The notes beneath the pieces were generated by a model, which searched no databases, was not told the origin of the DNA, and saw only the letters and a list, made by a program, of their open reading frames with translations. Below, piece after piece: positions 38,248-47,370 of a stretch of DNA of 64,000 nucleotides. This DNA is from an uncultured Rickettsiales bacterium. GTDB taxonomy: Bacteria; Pseudomonadota; Alphaproteobacteria; Rickettsiales; SXRF01. How positions within the stretch are numbered: the stretch's first letter is position 1; the number at the start of each line of letters is the position of its first letter. Both the position numbers and the translations under genes were made by a program. Location of the stretch: the NCBI GenBank assembly GCA_964535825.1, contig CAZHUC010000004.1:6928-70927 (forward strand), read 5' to 3'.

Positions 38248-39285
38248 TTATGCAGGTTCTTGCTGGCTCATGCAATGGATTGTGCCCAGTCCCCAAACAA
38301 AGTCAACCGCATGGATACCAACCACGTCACGACCCGGGAATAATTCGGCCAGAATGTTCAGTGCAATGCGGTCAGAAGGATCATTGAATGTTGGCACAAG
38401 CACCAGTTTATTGGCGATGAGGAAATTAGCGTAGGATGCTGGCAGGCGTTGGCCTTCGAACATTAAAGGCTTAGGCATCGGCAGTTCTGCGATGGTAAAC
38501 GGCTTGCCTTTTGCATCGCGCGCTTTCTTCAGGCGTTTGAGGTTTTCAGCCAGCAAGGCGTGATTGTCATCTTTCCTGTTCTTTTCGACTACAGTGACAA
38601 TGGTGGTTGGATTTACGAAGCGGGTGATGTCATCCACATGTCCGTGCGTGTCGTCGCCGACGATACCCTTATCTAACCATATGACCTGTGTGATACCCAA
38701 ATATTTGGCGAATACTTCTTCGTAATCGGTGCGTTTGAAACCGGGGTTGCGTTCCTGAATGTGCGAAAGCAGGCATTCCTCTGTGGTGATGAGTGTGCCT
38801 TTGCCATTCACATCGATAGAACCGCCCTCGAGCACCACGCGCTTGCCTTTATGCATGGGCTGCACGCGGTCATACTTAAAATGCGGTTCGATGCATGATG
38901 GTATTTTGTCGTCACGTTTGTGGTTGGCGTATTTTGCCCAGGCATTGAAACGCCAGTCGAGCATTACTTTCTTGTTCTTTGCATCATGCACGAATATCGG
39001 GCCGGCATCACGCATCCATACGCGGTCGGTCGGGATGTGATAAATATCCAGATTCTTCATGTTGGCGTGGGCACGGGTGCACACATCACGCGCCAAGGCC
39101 TCATCCTTTGCATGGCGCACTAGCAGACGCACGCGCTCATGTTGCGTAAGGTAGCGGATGATCTCACCATATACCCACGGGATGGGCGCGAATTTATCCG
39201 GCCAGTCTTCTTTGTTGTAAGGCCAGCTCAGCCATGTGGCTTCGTGTTTTTCCCACTCGGCGGGCATCAGGAATTGTTGGGACAT
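38248..39285 (-). CDS. aguA: Agmatine deiminase
   Basis: Starting at the ATG at 39285: FLMPAEWEKHEATWLSWP...GGSIDVNGKGTLITTEECLL...GLGTIHCMSQQEP (catalytic Cys). Confidence 0.88.
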   Translation of the reverse strand: MSQQFLMPAEWEKHEATWLSWPYNKEDWPDKFAPIPWVYGEIIRYLTQHERVRLLVRHAKDEALARDVCTRAHANMKNLDIYHIPTDRVWMRDAGPIFVHDAKNKKVMLDWRFNAWAKYANHKRDDKIPSCIEPHFKYDRVQPMHKGKRVVLEGGSIDVNGKGTLITTEECLLSHIQERNPGFKRTDYEEVFAKYLGITQVIWLDKGIVGDDTHGHVDDITRFVNPTTIVTVVEKNRKDDNHALLAENLKRLKKARDAKGKPFTIAELPMPKPLMFEGQRLPASYANFLIANKLVLVPTFNDPSDRIALNILAELFPGRDVVGIHAVDFVWGLGTIHCMSQQEPA

Positions 39286-39290
39286 GGTCT

Positions 39291-39542
39291 TTAAGCGTCT
39301 GGATTGGTGGGTTTGAGGAAGTGTTTTATAACCACAGCAAAACTGCAGAGGCTGGCACACAAGAACATGAGTGCTGTACCATTCTCGCCACGGCTGATAC
39401 TATCGACAGCGATTACCGCGCAGGTCATGCCGCCAAGCAGGCTGTATACCAGTTTATCATTGCGCGAGATGTTCTTTTTCTGCGCCAGCAGCATGCAGGC
39501 AATAGCAAGAATAACAGCAGCGATCGTGATGATTGGGCTCAT
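39291..39542 (-). CDS. Small three-helix membrane protein
   Basis: 83-aa hydrophobic ORF between aguB (ATGA overlap) and aguA (5-nt gap). No recognised family. Confidence 0.5.
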   Translation of the reverse strand: MSPIITIAAVILAIACMLLAQKKNISRNDKLVYSLLGGMTCAVIAVDSISRGENGTALMFLCASLCSFAVVIKHFLKPTNPDA

Positions 39543-40420
39543 GCAACACTCCAGCGTTTTGTCAGGCCTTCATAGGCGTCCACGCGACGATCGCGGAAGA
39601 ATGGCCAGTTGCGGCGTTTATGTTCGACCATGGCAGGGTCAACCACTGCGGTGATGATCTCTTCCTTATTGTGGCTTGCCTGCGCGAGGATGCGTCCGTA
39701 CGGATCACAAATGAACGAATTGCCAAAGAACTCAAGGCCATCGCCTATACTCTTTTCATGGCCGATACGATTCACTGCCGCCACATACACACCATTCGCG
39801 ATGGCATGGGAGCGCTGGATGGTGACCCAGTTATCCACCTGTGTTTCACCCCATTCTGCTTTTTCAGAAGGATGCCAGCCAATAGCGGTCGGGTAGAATA
39901 ATACATCTGCGCCCTGCATGGCAGTGAGGCGTGCGCCTTCAGGATACCACTGATCCCAGCACACCAGTGCGCCGATCTTGCCTGCGCTGGTGTTATGCAT
40001 TTTGAAGCCCTGGTCGCCCGGGGTGAAATAATATTTTTCCTCGAACAGTGGGTCATGCGGGATATGCATCTTGCGATATGTGCCGGCAATGCTGCCGTCT
40101 TTTTCTATGATGACCGCGGTGTTGTAATAAAGCCCTGAAGCCGCTTTCTCGAAGATCGAGCTAATGATGACCATACCGGTCTTCTTGGCAATAACAGCCA
40201 GTGCCTTGTTGGTAGGCCCATCCACTGCTTCAGCAAGATTAAAGGTATTGGCATCCAGTTTCTGGCAGAAATAGTCGGTCAGGAACAGTTCTGGCAGGCA
40301 GGCAACCTGTACGCCCTGCTTCGCTGCCTGTTCCAGCATGCTGCAAGCCTTGTCCAGACTGGCTTTCGGGCTGCCAGGGTACTGCATTTGAATAAGGCCA
40401 ATGGTGTATGGTTTTGTCAT
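39539..40420 (-). CDS. aguB: N-carbamoylputrescine amidase
   Basis: 293 aa, nitrilase superfamily (CLPELF, YRKMHIP, LVCWDQWYPE catalytic Cys). Paired with aguA. Confidence 0.88.
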   Translation of the reverse strand: MTKPYTIGLIQMQYPGSPKASLDKACSMLEQAAKQGVQVACLPELFLTDYFCQKLDANTFNLAEAVDGPTNKALAVIAKKTGMVIISSIFEKAASGLYYNTAVIIEKDGSIAGTYRKMHIPHDPLFEEKYYFTPGDQGFKMHNTSAGKIGALVCWDQWYPEGARLTAMQGADVLFYPTAIGWHPSEKAEWGETQVDNWVTIQRSHAIANGVYVAAVNRIGHEKSIGDGLEFFGNSFICDPYGRILAQASHNKEEIITAVVDPAMVEHKRRNWPFFRDRRVDAYEGLTKRWSVA

Positions 40421-40542
40421 TGCAAATCATCCCAAATCCGTGAATTTCCAGTCCTTACAGGATATAAAGTAATAACTCAATAGATTCTACGTAGTTTTCG
40501 CTTGATTTTTAAAGCGGCGAGCCCTAATCCCTTATGCCTCGT

Positions 40543-40617
40543 GGCTCGGTAGCTCAGTGGTAGAGCAGGGGAATCATAATCCCTTGGTCGGGGGTTCAAA
40601 TCCCTCCCGAGCCACCA
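40543..40617 (+). tRNA. tRNA-Met (anticodon CAU), elongator type. A lysidine-modified tRNA-Ile2 cannot be excluded.
   Basis: 75-nt cloverleaf. Acceptor GGCTCGG/CCGAGCC, D-arm GCTC/GAGC, anticodon stem GGGGA/TCCCT with loop AUCAUAA, T-arm GGGGG-TTCAAAT-CCCTC, and an encoded CCA. The G1-C72 pair argues against an initiator. Confidence 0.9.
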
Positions 40618-40710
40618 CATACTTTCTTGCAATCTTTCCTCCTATAGTGTGAACTGTGTCGGGGCATGAATCTTGCTCCGCAGGGAATATAATAAAATAG
40701 TGGGAGTCAT

Positions 40711-41841
40711 ATGCAGGGTATTGTTCCGGTTCTCAAGCCAAAACTACCTGAAATTTCAGCTATTTTACCGTATCTTAAGCAGATCGATGAGAATCGCTGG
40801 TATGGTAATAATGGCCCGCTGGTCGTCGCTTTTGAGAAGCGAGTCGCTGATCTGCTGAAAGCAACGGCCGAAAGCGTCCTGATGGTGGCCAACGGCACGC
40901 TGGGCCTCACCGTAGCGCTACAGGCACTGGAAGTAAAACGTGGCGGCCTGTGTATCATGCCATCATGGACATTTACCGCAACACCCGCAGCGGCACTGGC
41001 CGCCGGGCTTGAGCCTTGCTTCATTGATGTGGACAAAGAAACGCAAGTCATCTCCGCAGAGAGCGTAAAAAAACATATCAAAGCGCTGAAGAAGCCAGTG
41101 AGTGCTGTGATGCCTGTATCTGCCTTTGGCGCGCCAATCGATGTTGCGCAGTGGGATAGATTCACAGAAGAAACCGGTATTCCTGTAGTGATCGACGCCG
41201 CAGCTGCGTTTGATAGCTTCATGAGCGGTGCAATGAAAATGGGTCGCACACCGGTGATGCTGAGTCTGCATGCTACGAAGATCTGCGGTATCGGCGAAGG
41301 CGGGCTGATGCTCACCAAGAGTGCTGACGTTGCATTCCGCCTGCGCCGCATCATCAATTTCGGGTTTGAGAATGACCGTCTGTCACATCGCATCGCCATT
41401 AATGCTAAGCCGAGTGAGTATAATGCGGCAGTAGCTATGGCCGTGCTGGATGAGTGGAAAGATATTCGCGCCGCCTGGGCAAAGGTGCAGTTGCGCTACA
41501 GAGAAAAGCTTGAAGCACACGGTATCGCCTGCTGGGTAAAACCTGATTGGGTAACGAGCACCAGTAACATAATTGTGCCTGAGCAAGCCGTGGCGCTGGC
41601 GCAACATCTGAAAGAGCAGGGCATTGACACACGTCGCTGGTGGGAAACAGGTTGTCATGTGCATCCGGCCTATCGCTCCTGCATGGTGCATGATGAATTA
41701 CCTAACACGCAGTGGCTCGGGCAATCGGTGCTTGGCATTCCTTCTGCCATGGACCTGAGTGAAGATACCCAGGATAGGGTATATGAGGCAGTGGTAAGCG
41801 GGCTTAAATCAATTAAGTCAGATTCCAGAAAATATGGCTAA
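40711..41841 (+). CDS. DegT/DnrJ/EryC1/StrS family sugar aminotransferase
   Basis: 376 aa with ANGTLGLTVAL and the PLP-lysine context LSLHATKICGIGEGG. Confidence 0.88.
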   Translation: MQGIVPVLKPKLPEISAILPYLKQIDENRWYGNNGPLVVAFEKRVADLLKATAESVLMVANGTLGLTVALQALEVKRGGLCIMPSWTFTATPAAALAAGLEPCFIDVDKETQVISAESVKKHIKALKKPVSAVMPVSAFGAPIDVAQWDRFTEETGIPVVIDAAAAFDSFMSGAMKMGRTPVMLSLHATKICGIGEGGLMLTKSADVAFRLRRIINFGFENDRLSHRIAINAKPSEYNAAVAMAVLDEWKDIRAAWAKVQLRYREKLEAHGIACWVKPDWVTSTSNIIVPEQAVALAQHLKEQGIDTRRWWETGCHVHPAYRSCMVHDELPNTQWLGQSVLGIPSAMDLSEDTQDRVYEAVVSGLKSIKSDSRKYG

Positions 41842-44056
41842 TCCATCTACATCTCCTGCCAATGTCGATCGTAATGATCCATGTCCATGCGGCAGTGGTA
41901 AGAAATTTAAAAAGTGCTGCATCGATAAGGTGGCTGCAGCATCCACCGCGCCATCACTGAATATCGGCCTTACCCTGCAACAAGCGGCAGCTGCACTCAA
42001 TACCGGGCGCTTGGATATTGCAGAAATTGCGCTTGCCAATGTGCTGCACGTACAACCTAATAATACGGATGCATTGAATTTTGCTGCGTATGTCTGTTTC
42101 CAACGCAAGCAATATGATACCGCGGCCGGGTATATCAACAAAGCAATAAGCCTGAATAACAAGAACGGATTATATTTCTTCACCGCCGCATTGATCTCCA
42201 AGGCATGCAAGCGGTTTGATGAAATGGAAGTGCTATTGCTCAAAGCGCTTGCGCTTAAGCCAGCGGGCTATATTTCACAGATATACGCTAATCTTGGCGA
42301 CTGCATGCATGAAAAACGTAACATGCCTGCGGCAATCAGTTATTACACAAAGGCGATCGAGGCGGATGCAAAGAACGCTAAAGCCTATTTCTATCGTGGT
42401 ATGGCGCGTTATGAATTTGAGGGAGCAAACTCAACCTATGAAATTGATGCCAATAAAGGCATCGAGCTTTCACAAAAGTCATCGGATATGCTGTGCAAAT
42501 TAGCAACGATCTATAACAGTGAGCAGGATTTCGAGAAAGCACATCTGCTGTTGCAAGATGCGGTATCCGTTAGTCCGGATAATGAAGAGGCGTCATTCTT
42601 CCATGCGCTGACCTTTTATGAGCGTGGGGATGTTGAAACTGCAAAAAATATCTTTGCAAAAGTATTGACCAGACACCCGCTGAGTATTCGCACACAGGTG
42701 AGTGATGCTTTCCTGCTGCCGGTCATCGTTCATGATAATAATGAGATAGAATCATGGCGTACGCGTTTGATGTCGCGGGTGCAACAGCTGATCGATAATA
42801 AGGTCATTTTGCATGAACCTGAGCGTCAGGGACTGTATCTGCCCTTTTATCAAGGGTATCATGGGCGTGATAATAAGGTGATGATGCAGAAATTGTCGGA
42901 ATTCTTCCTGATATGCTGTCCATCGGTGCAATACACCGCACCACATTGCACCAAACCGCGAGATAAAAGTAAAAAGATACGTATTGGGTTCGTTTCTGAA
43001 TATTTCCATTCAAAACTGCTTACACAATTCTTTGGTCCGCTCATAGAGGGATTGGCAGCGGATGCTGAATGCGAAGTGGTGATATTTGCTTCCTCAGCGC
43101 GTGAGAATGACAAGGTAAAAACCTTATCAGATCAGGTTAAGAAATATGTGGTGCTGCCACTTAGCCTGCCATCCATGCAGCAGACTATTGCGCATGAGGA
43201 GATAGATATCTTGATCTATCTGGATATTGGTATGCGCCTGAATACCTATTTATTGGCACTGGCGCGGCTTGCACCGGTACAGGCGGTGATGGGTGGACAC
43301 CCACTCACCACCGGTATCCCGAACATGGATTATTTCTTCACTACAGGTAGCATGGAGGCGGAAGGCTCGCACACGCATTACACAGAAAAGCTGCTGGCTG
43401 GTGCAGATTTGCTTGCAGTGATCAAGAAGGAATATGTTGCACCGGTTGATATGACGCGCGCAGAGCTTGGGTTACCAACAGAGGATGTGCGCTTATATAC
43501 CTGTCCAGTGCTGCTATTCAAACTGCATCCGGATATGGATATGGTGTTCGAGGGTATACTCAATAAAGATCCCAAGGCGCGCATTATCTTGTTCGATAAT
43601 GGCAAGATCATCTGGCGTGAGTTGCTGGAGAAGCGTTTTGTGGATTCTATGGGCAAAGAACTTGCATCGCGCATCATATTTGTTCCATTTGCGGCAAAAG
43701 ATAAGTTCATGCATACGATGCGCGCCATGGATGCGATATTTGATACATTGCATTTCTCCTTCGGTACAACGGCATTCCTGTTGCTTGGCTCAGAAGTGCC
43801 ATTCGTGACCAAACCCGGGGAATTTTTGCGTGGCCGTGGTGCTTACGGGGTATTCAAAATGATGGGTATGCTCCATATGTCAGCAGATACCATAGATGGG
43901 TATGTTGATCTTATTGTTAAACTGGCAAATGACAAGGCGTTCTATAAGCAGGCGCAGGATGATATCCGCAAACAAAACCATCTCATCTTTGATGATTATG
44001 GGCCTGTCGATGAATTCCGTACGCATCTGAAACGTATCGCCTCCGAGATCGCATGA
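41834..44056 (+). CDS. SEC-C motif + TPR repeats + GT41 (SPINDLY/OGT-like) glycosyltransferase
   Basis: 740 aa. N-terminal NDPCPCGSGKKFKKCC (SecA-type zinc motif), about 300 aa of TPR-like repeats, and a C-terminal half with RIGFVSEYFHSKLL and LFKLHPDMDMVFEGILNKDPKARIILF, typical of bacterial GT41. Overlaps the degT-like gene by 8 nt. Confidence 0.75.
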   Translation: MANPSTSPANVDRNDPCPCGSGKKFKKCCIDKVAAASTAPSLNIGLTLQQAAAALNTGRLDIAEIALANVLHVQPNNTDALNFAAYVCFQRKQYDTAAGYINKAISLNNKNGLYFFTAALISKACKRFDEMEVLLLKALALKPAGYISQIYANLGDCMHEKRNMPAAISYYTKAIEADAKNAKAYFYRGMARYEFEGANSTYEIDANKGIELSQKSSDMLCKLATIYNSEQDFEKAHLLLQDAVSVSPDNEEASFFHALTFYERGDVETAKNIFAKVLTRHPLSIRTQVSDAFLLPVIVHDNNEIESWRTRLMSRVQQLIDNKVILHEPERQGLYLPFYQGYHGRDNKVMMQKLSEFFLICCPSVQYTAPHCTKPRDKSKKIRIGFVSEYFHSKLLTQFFGPLIEGLAADAECEVVIFASSARENDKVKTLSDQVKKYVVLPLSLPSMQQTIAHEEIDILIYLDIGMRLNTYLLALARLAPVQAVMGGHPLTTGIPNMDYFFTTGSMEAEGSHTHYTEKLLAGADLLAVIKKEYVAPVDMTRAELGLPTEDVRLYTCPVLLFKLHPDMDMVFEGILNKDPKARIILFDNGKIIWRELLEKRFVDSMGKELASRIIFVPFAAKDKFMHTMRAMDAIFDTLHFSFGTTAFLLLGSEVPFVTKPGEFLRGRGAYGVFKMMGMLHMSADTIDGYVDLIVKLANDKAFYKQAQDDIRKQNHLIFDDYGPVDEFRTHLKRIASEIA

Positions 44057-44946
44057 CGAGCCACCCGTACGCCACTGAGACGTTTGCGAATTCGCTTTCG
44101 CATTGGGGGCAGGCATGGCGAGTGGATGCCTGGAATTGTTATGTTATTAAGCGGCCAATTGCTGACGAGGCATTTGATGCTGCTGGTGTATATCCGATCA
44201 CACCTTTAGAGCCAAACATAGATATTACCGCAGGACTTTCCCAGCTGCGGGATGCTGGCTTTGTTTCGATTGTGTTAGTGTTTGATGATTTTCACAGGCC
44301 AGATCTTGTGGAATTAAAAAAGCATTTTGATGCCGTGAATGATTTTAAACCACATTATGTATATCGCCCCGATAAGGGTAAGCTCGATTATGACAGTCAC
44401 CACCGTCGTGCTGTAAAGACTGCATATAAACATGTGCGGACCGATATTATTGCGCTCAGTGACGGCCTTGATGAATGGGCACGGCTTTATGATGCACTAA
44501 CAGCAACGCTCAAATTAGAAGGTCTGCATGCGTTCCCGCATGAACATCATCAAGCCATTGCCAGTATGGAGGGTGTGATCGCTGTTGGCGCATGGCTAGA
44601 TAAAGAACTGGTTTCCTGCCATGTATGGGTGGATGATGGACAATATATGCACAGTCATCTCGTGGCCTCTAATGAGAAGGGTTATGAGTTCAGGGCTGCA
44701 TACGCAGTGAATGATACCTCCATACAGTATTTTGCTAATAGAAAACTGCTGAATTTCGGCGGCGGGGCAGGGAATATAGTGGGCAGTGACGATGGCCTTG
44801 CGCGCTTTAAGAAAGGTTTCTCAAATGATGTTGCAGGTTCGTATATCTGCGGTGTCATTCTGGACAAGGATAAATACCAGCAGTTGGTGGATGCAAGAGC
44901 TCTGTCTCAGCCAACAAACTTCTTCCCTGCTTATAGAGCACCGTAA
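44053..44946 (+). CDS. FemAB-like / GNAT (Acetyltransf_6-type) acyl- or aminoacyl-transferase
   Basis: 297 aa. C-terminal NFGGGAGNIVGSDDGLARFKKGFSN resembles FemAB-family/BioF2-like GNAT proteins. ATGA overlap with the GT41 gene. Confidence 0.55.
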   Translation: MTSHPYATETFANSLSHWGQAWRVDAWNCYVIKRPIADEAFDAAGVYPITPLEPNIDITAGLSQLRDAGFVSIVLVFDDFHRPDLVELKKHFDAVNDFKPHYVYRPDKGKLDYDSHHRRAVKTAYKHVRTDIIALSDGLDEWARLYDALTATLKLEGLHAFPHEHHQAIASMEGVIAVGAWLDKELVSCHVWVDDGQYMHSHLVASNEKGYEFRAAYAVNDTSIQYFANRKLLNFGGGAGNIVGSDDGLARFKKGFSNDVAGSYICGVILDKDKYQQLVDARALSQPTNFFPAYRAP

Positions 44947-44951
44947 GTCTG

Positions 44952-45875
44952 TTATTTCCAGACTGCGTAGCCAAAGCCCTTTGCGCCAAAATCATTCCCA
45001 TTATAGAACATATATCTCCCACCGGGGGTATCTATGATATTGGGATATGCCACCATTTGTGAATCCCATCCTTCCGAGCTCACTGGAATGCCAGCCTTAC
45101 TGTCATCGCGACGCCATTTCTTGCCATCGGTTGATGATGCATAGCCGATACGGTAACTGCCAGTGCCGCCACGGAAATCGTGGCTGCCGCGATAGCTGAA
45201 CCACATATAATATGTTCCATCTTCGAAGAATACGCTGGGGCGTGTGGTGGCTTCACCTTCTGCAGCACCCGGTATACAGCAGATATTCGGGCGTTGCCAA
45301 TCCAGCCCATTATCGGAGTGGGCATAATAGATATAATAAAGTGGCTCATATTTTTCGCCGGTCTTTACCCAATCGACACCCGATCCATACCACATTTCCC
45401 ATTTATCGCCACGCTTCACAATAGAAGGCGACATGGAGGAAAAAGGTTCACCGCGGGTGATAGAAAGCACAGGCCCTGCATAGGGACGCTCAAATGTTTT
45501 GCCGCCATCCTGACTAATGGCAAGGCCTACCGCGTTCAGATATGGCACGGTCTGGCCGCGCTGCCAGCCGGTTGTGTATAACCATACTTCGTTGCCCACA
45601 TGCAGCACGGCTGCCGGCATGATACCGAACTCATCAAATGTACCGGGTTTGCCCAGATCGAGTATCGGATTCTTATGCACATACAGGACTTTTCTGGGGT
45701 CATGAATATCGACATCCACAAATGTGACAAGGCTGGTCTGTTGTTCAGGCCGTACTGTGATATATACACGGATACGATCCTCCATCAGCAAGGCAGTCGG
45801 CACTTGCGCATATGCTTTCATCCACGGGGATTCCAGTGAAGGCCCGTAAATAAACCCGCGTTTTTCCCATGCCAT
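44952..45875 (-). CDS. Hypothetical protein, predicted beta-propeller (GH32/43/130-like fold)
   Basis: 307 aa with repeated W/Y/G-rich strand motifs (WLYTTGW, WEMWYGSG, YYMWFSY, YMFYNGND). The fold assignment is tentative. Confidence 0.45.
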   Translation of the reverse strand: MAWEKRGFIYGPSLESPWMKAYAQVPTALLMEDRIRVYITVRPEQQTSLVTFVDVDIHDPRKVLYVHKNPILDLGKPGTFDEFGIMPAAVLHVGNEVWLYTTGWQRGQTVPYLNAVGLAISQDGGKTFERPYAGPVLSITRGEPFSSMSPSIVKRGDKWEMWYGSGVDWVKTGEKYEPLYYIYYAHSDNGLDWQRPNICCIPGAAEGEATTRPSVFFEDGTYYMWFSYRGSHDFRGGTGSYRIGYASSTDGKKWRRDDSKAGIPVSSEGWDSQMVAYPNIIDTPGGRYMFYNGNDFGAKGFGYAVWK

Positions 45876-45927
45876 ATTTTTTCCTTAAACTGTCGACTTT
45901 GTGTGCAGATTATTTTATAAACCTAAT

Positions 45928-46728
45928 ATGGGAGCTGTAAAGAACACTTCTCAGGGAGACCTAAATCTCCTACTCCCCGAATATGATCTGCCAACCTATG
46001 GAGGCGAGCGGTGCGAATATTTTGTGTGTTCCACGCCGCGTACCGGTAGCTCATTACTGGGGGACTTATTTTTTCGTACTGGGGTGTTAGGCGTACCGTA
46101 CGAGTACCTGAATCCTGTGCATATAAACACCCTGGTAGACCGTTTTGGCCTGAAGAGAAACTCGGCTGGTGCTGTTGATGCAGATGTTTATTTAGAGCGC
46201 TTGAAATCATGCCGTACCGGCAAGAACGGTGTATTGGGTATCAAAAGCCATTTCAATCATGCAGCGCCATTCTTTCGTAGCAGGAAATTCTTGTCGTGGT
46301 TTCTCACTTTGAAACATATCTATATTACGCGTCAGGATCTGCTGGGGCAGGCCATATCATATTCACGCGCTTTGCAAAGTGATGCATGGTCGATCAATTC
46401 TCAGATCAAAAAAGAACCTGTTTATGATTTTAACAATATCATGCAGTGCCTTGATGGCATCATCAGTGAGAACAGTAACTGGCATAAGAATTTTGCAGCC
46501 TTTGGCCTGAAGCCTTTATACATCACCTATGAAGAGCTTGTTCGTGATCCTGTGGAGGCCAGTCAGCGTATCTCCAAGTTCCTGAAGCCTGATGGTAGCC
46601 TTAACTTTACACTGGATCTGGATAATTCCAGCCTGCGCAAACAAAGCGGCGGCCAGAGTAAAGAGTGGAGAGAGCGTTTTGTATCTGACGTCTACAAAAT
46701 GAAGGGCTTATCGGGAGACAGTAAGTAA
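45928..46728 (+). CDS. Stf0-type sulfotransferase
   Basis: YFVCSTPRTGSSLLGDLFFRTGVLGVPYEYLNP matches the PAPS-binding loop region of the Stf0 family. The start is ATG 45928 or GTG 45901. Confidence 0.7.
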   Translation: MGAVKNTSQGDLNLLLPEYDLPTYGGERCEYFVCSTPRTGSSLLGDLFFRTGVLGVPYEYLNPVHINTLVDRFGLKRNSAGAVDADVYLERLKSCRTGKNGVLGIKSHFNHAAPFFRSRKFLSWFLTLKHIYITRQDLLGQAISYSRALQSDAWSINSQIKKEPVYDFNNIMQCLDGIISENSNWHKNFAAFGLKPLYITYEELVRDPVEASQRISKFLKPDGSLNFTLDLDNSSLRKQSGGQSKEWRERFVSDVYKMKGLSGDSK

Positions 46729-47370
46729 TCACTTCTGGTATAGATAGATACCGGTGTGGTAGTTGTTGTGCCAGCCAGTTGTTTCCCCAACCTTCTTAAA
46801 ACCAGCTAATTCTACGTCGGATTCATACACAGGATTATTGTATACCAGATAGCAGGCTTTGCTCGCATTTGTTATGTGTGTGAGCATTTGTGTCAGTGTT
46901 TCAACTCCGAACGGGTCACAGATGTAGATGATAGAATGCTCTGCATAATTATTGAAAACGCGCGCGTTCTCCTTGATAATTTCTGCGCCGATACCAAGTT
47001 TTTGCAGGTTCTTGCTTGCAATGGCTGCAAGATTTTCATCCAGTTCAATGCCGACGATACCCTGGCAGGGTAAATACTTTGCAGCCATTATGAGAACTTT
47101 TCCCTTGCCGCAGCCAACATCATAAAATGTAAATTTATCCGTCTGCGCGATCGATCTCAGTAAGTTGAAGCATTTGATGATCTCTTGCGTAAATGAAGCC
47201 TGGTAATGCTTCATATCCGAATCGGTTTCAGTATATTCAGAGAGCGGACGCCATGTTTCAGTATCAACGCCGTTGAGTATATCGAACAGCGTTGTTTCCC
47301 GGAAATGTGTCCATACACGTTTGAAGCCATGTGCTTTGTAAAGATTTTTATAGCTACTCCAGCTAGTCAT
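46729..47370 (-). CDS. Class I SAM-dependent methyltransferase
   Basis: 213 aa with motif I FYDVGCGKGKVL and an acidic post-I residue (GIELDE). Last gene of the carrier-SDR-MTase operon (1-nt overlap). Confidence 0.7.
   Translation of the reverse strand: MTSWSSYKNLYKAHGFKRVWTHFRETTLFDILNGVDTETWRPLSEYTETDSDMKHYQASFTQEIIKCFNLLRSIAQTDKFTFYDVGCGKGKVLIMAAKYLPCQGIVGIELDENLAAIASKNLQKLGIGAEIIKENARVFNNYAEHSIIYICDPFGVETLTQMLTHITNASKACYLVYNNPVYESDVELAGFKKVGETTGWHNNYHTGIYLYQK

Noticed and set aside
40543-40617. The tRNA-CAU as an initiator tRNA-fMet.
   Set aside because: It has a G1-C72 Watson-Crick pair. The anticodon stem ends in A31-U39 rather than three consecutive G-C pairs. These are elongator features.
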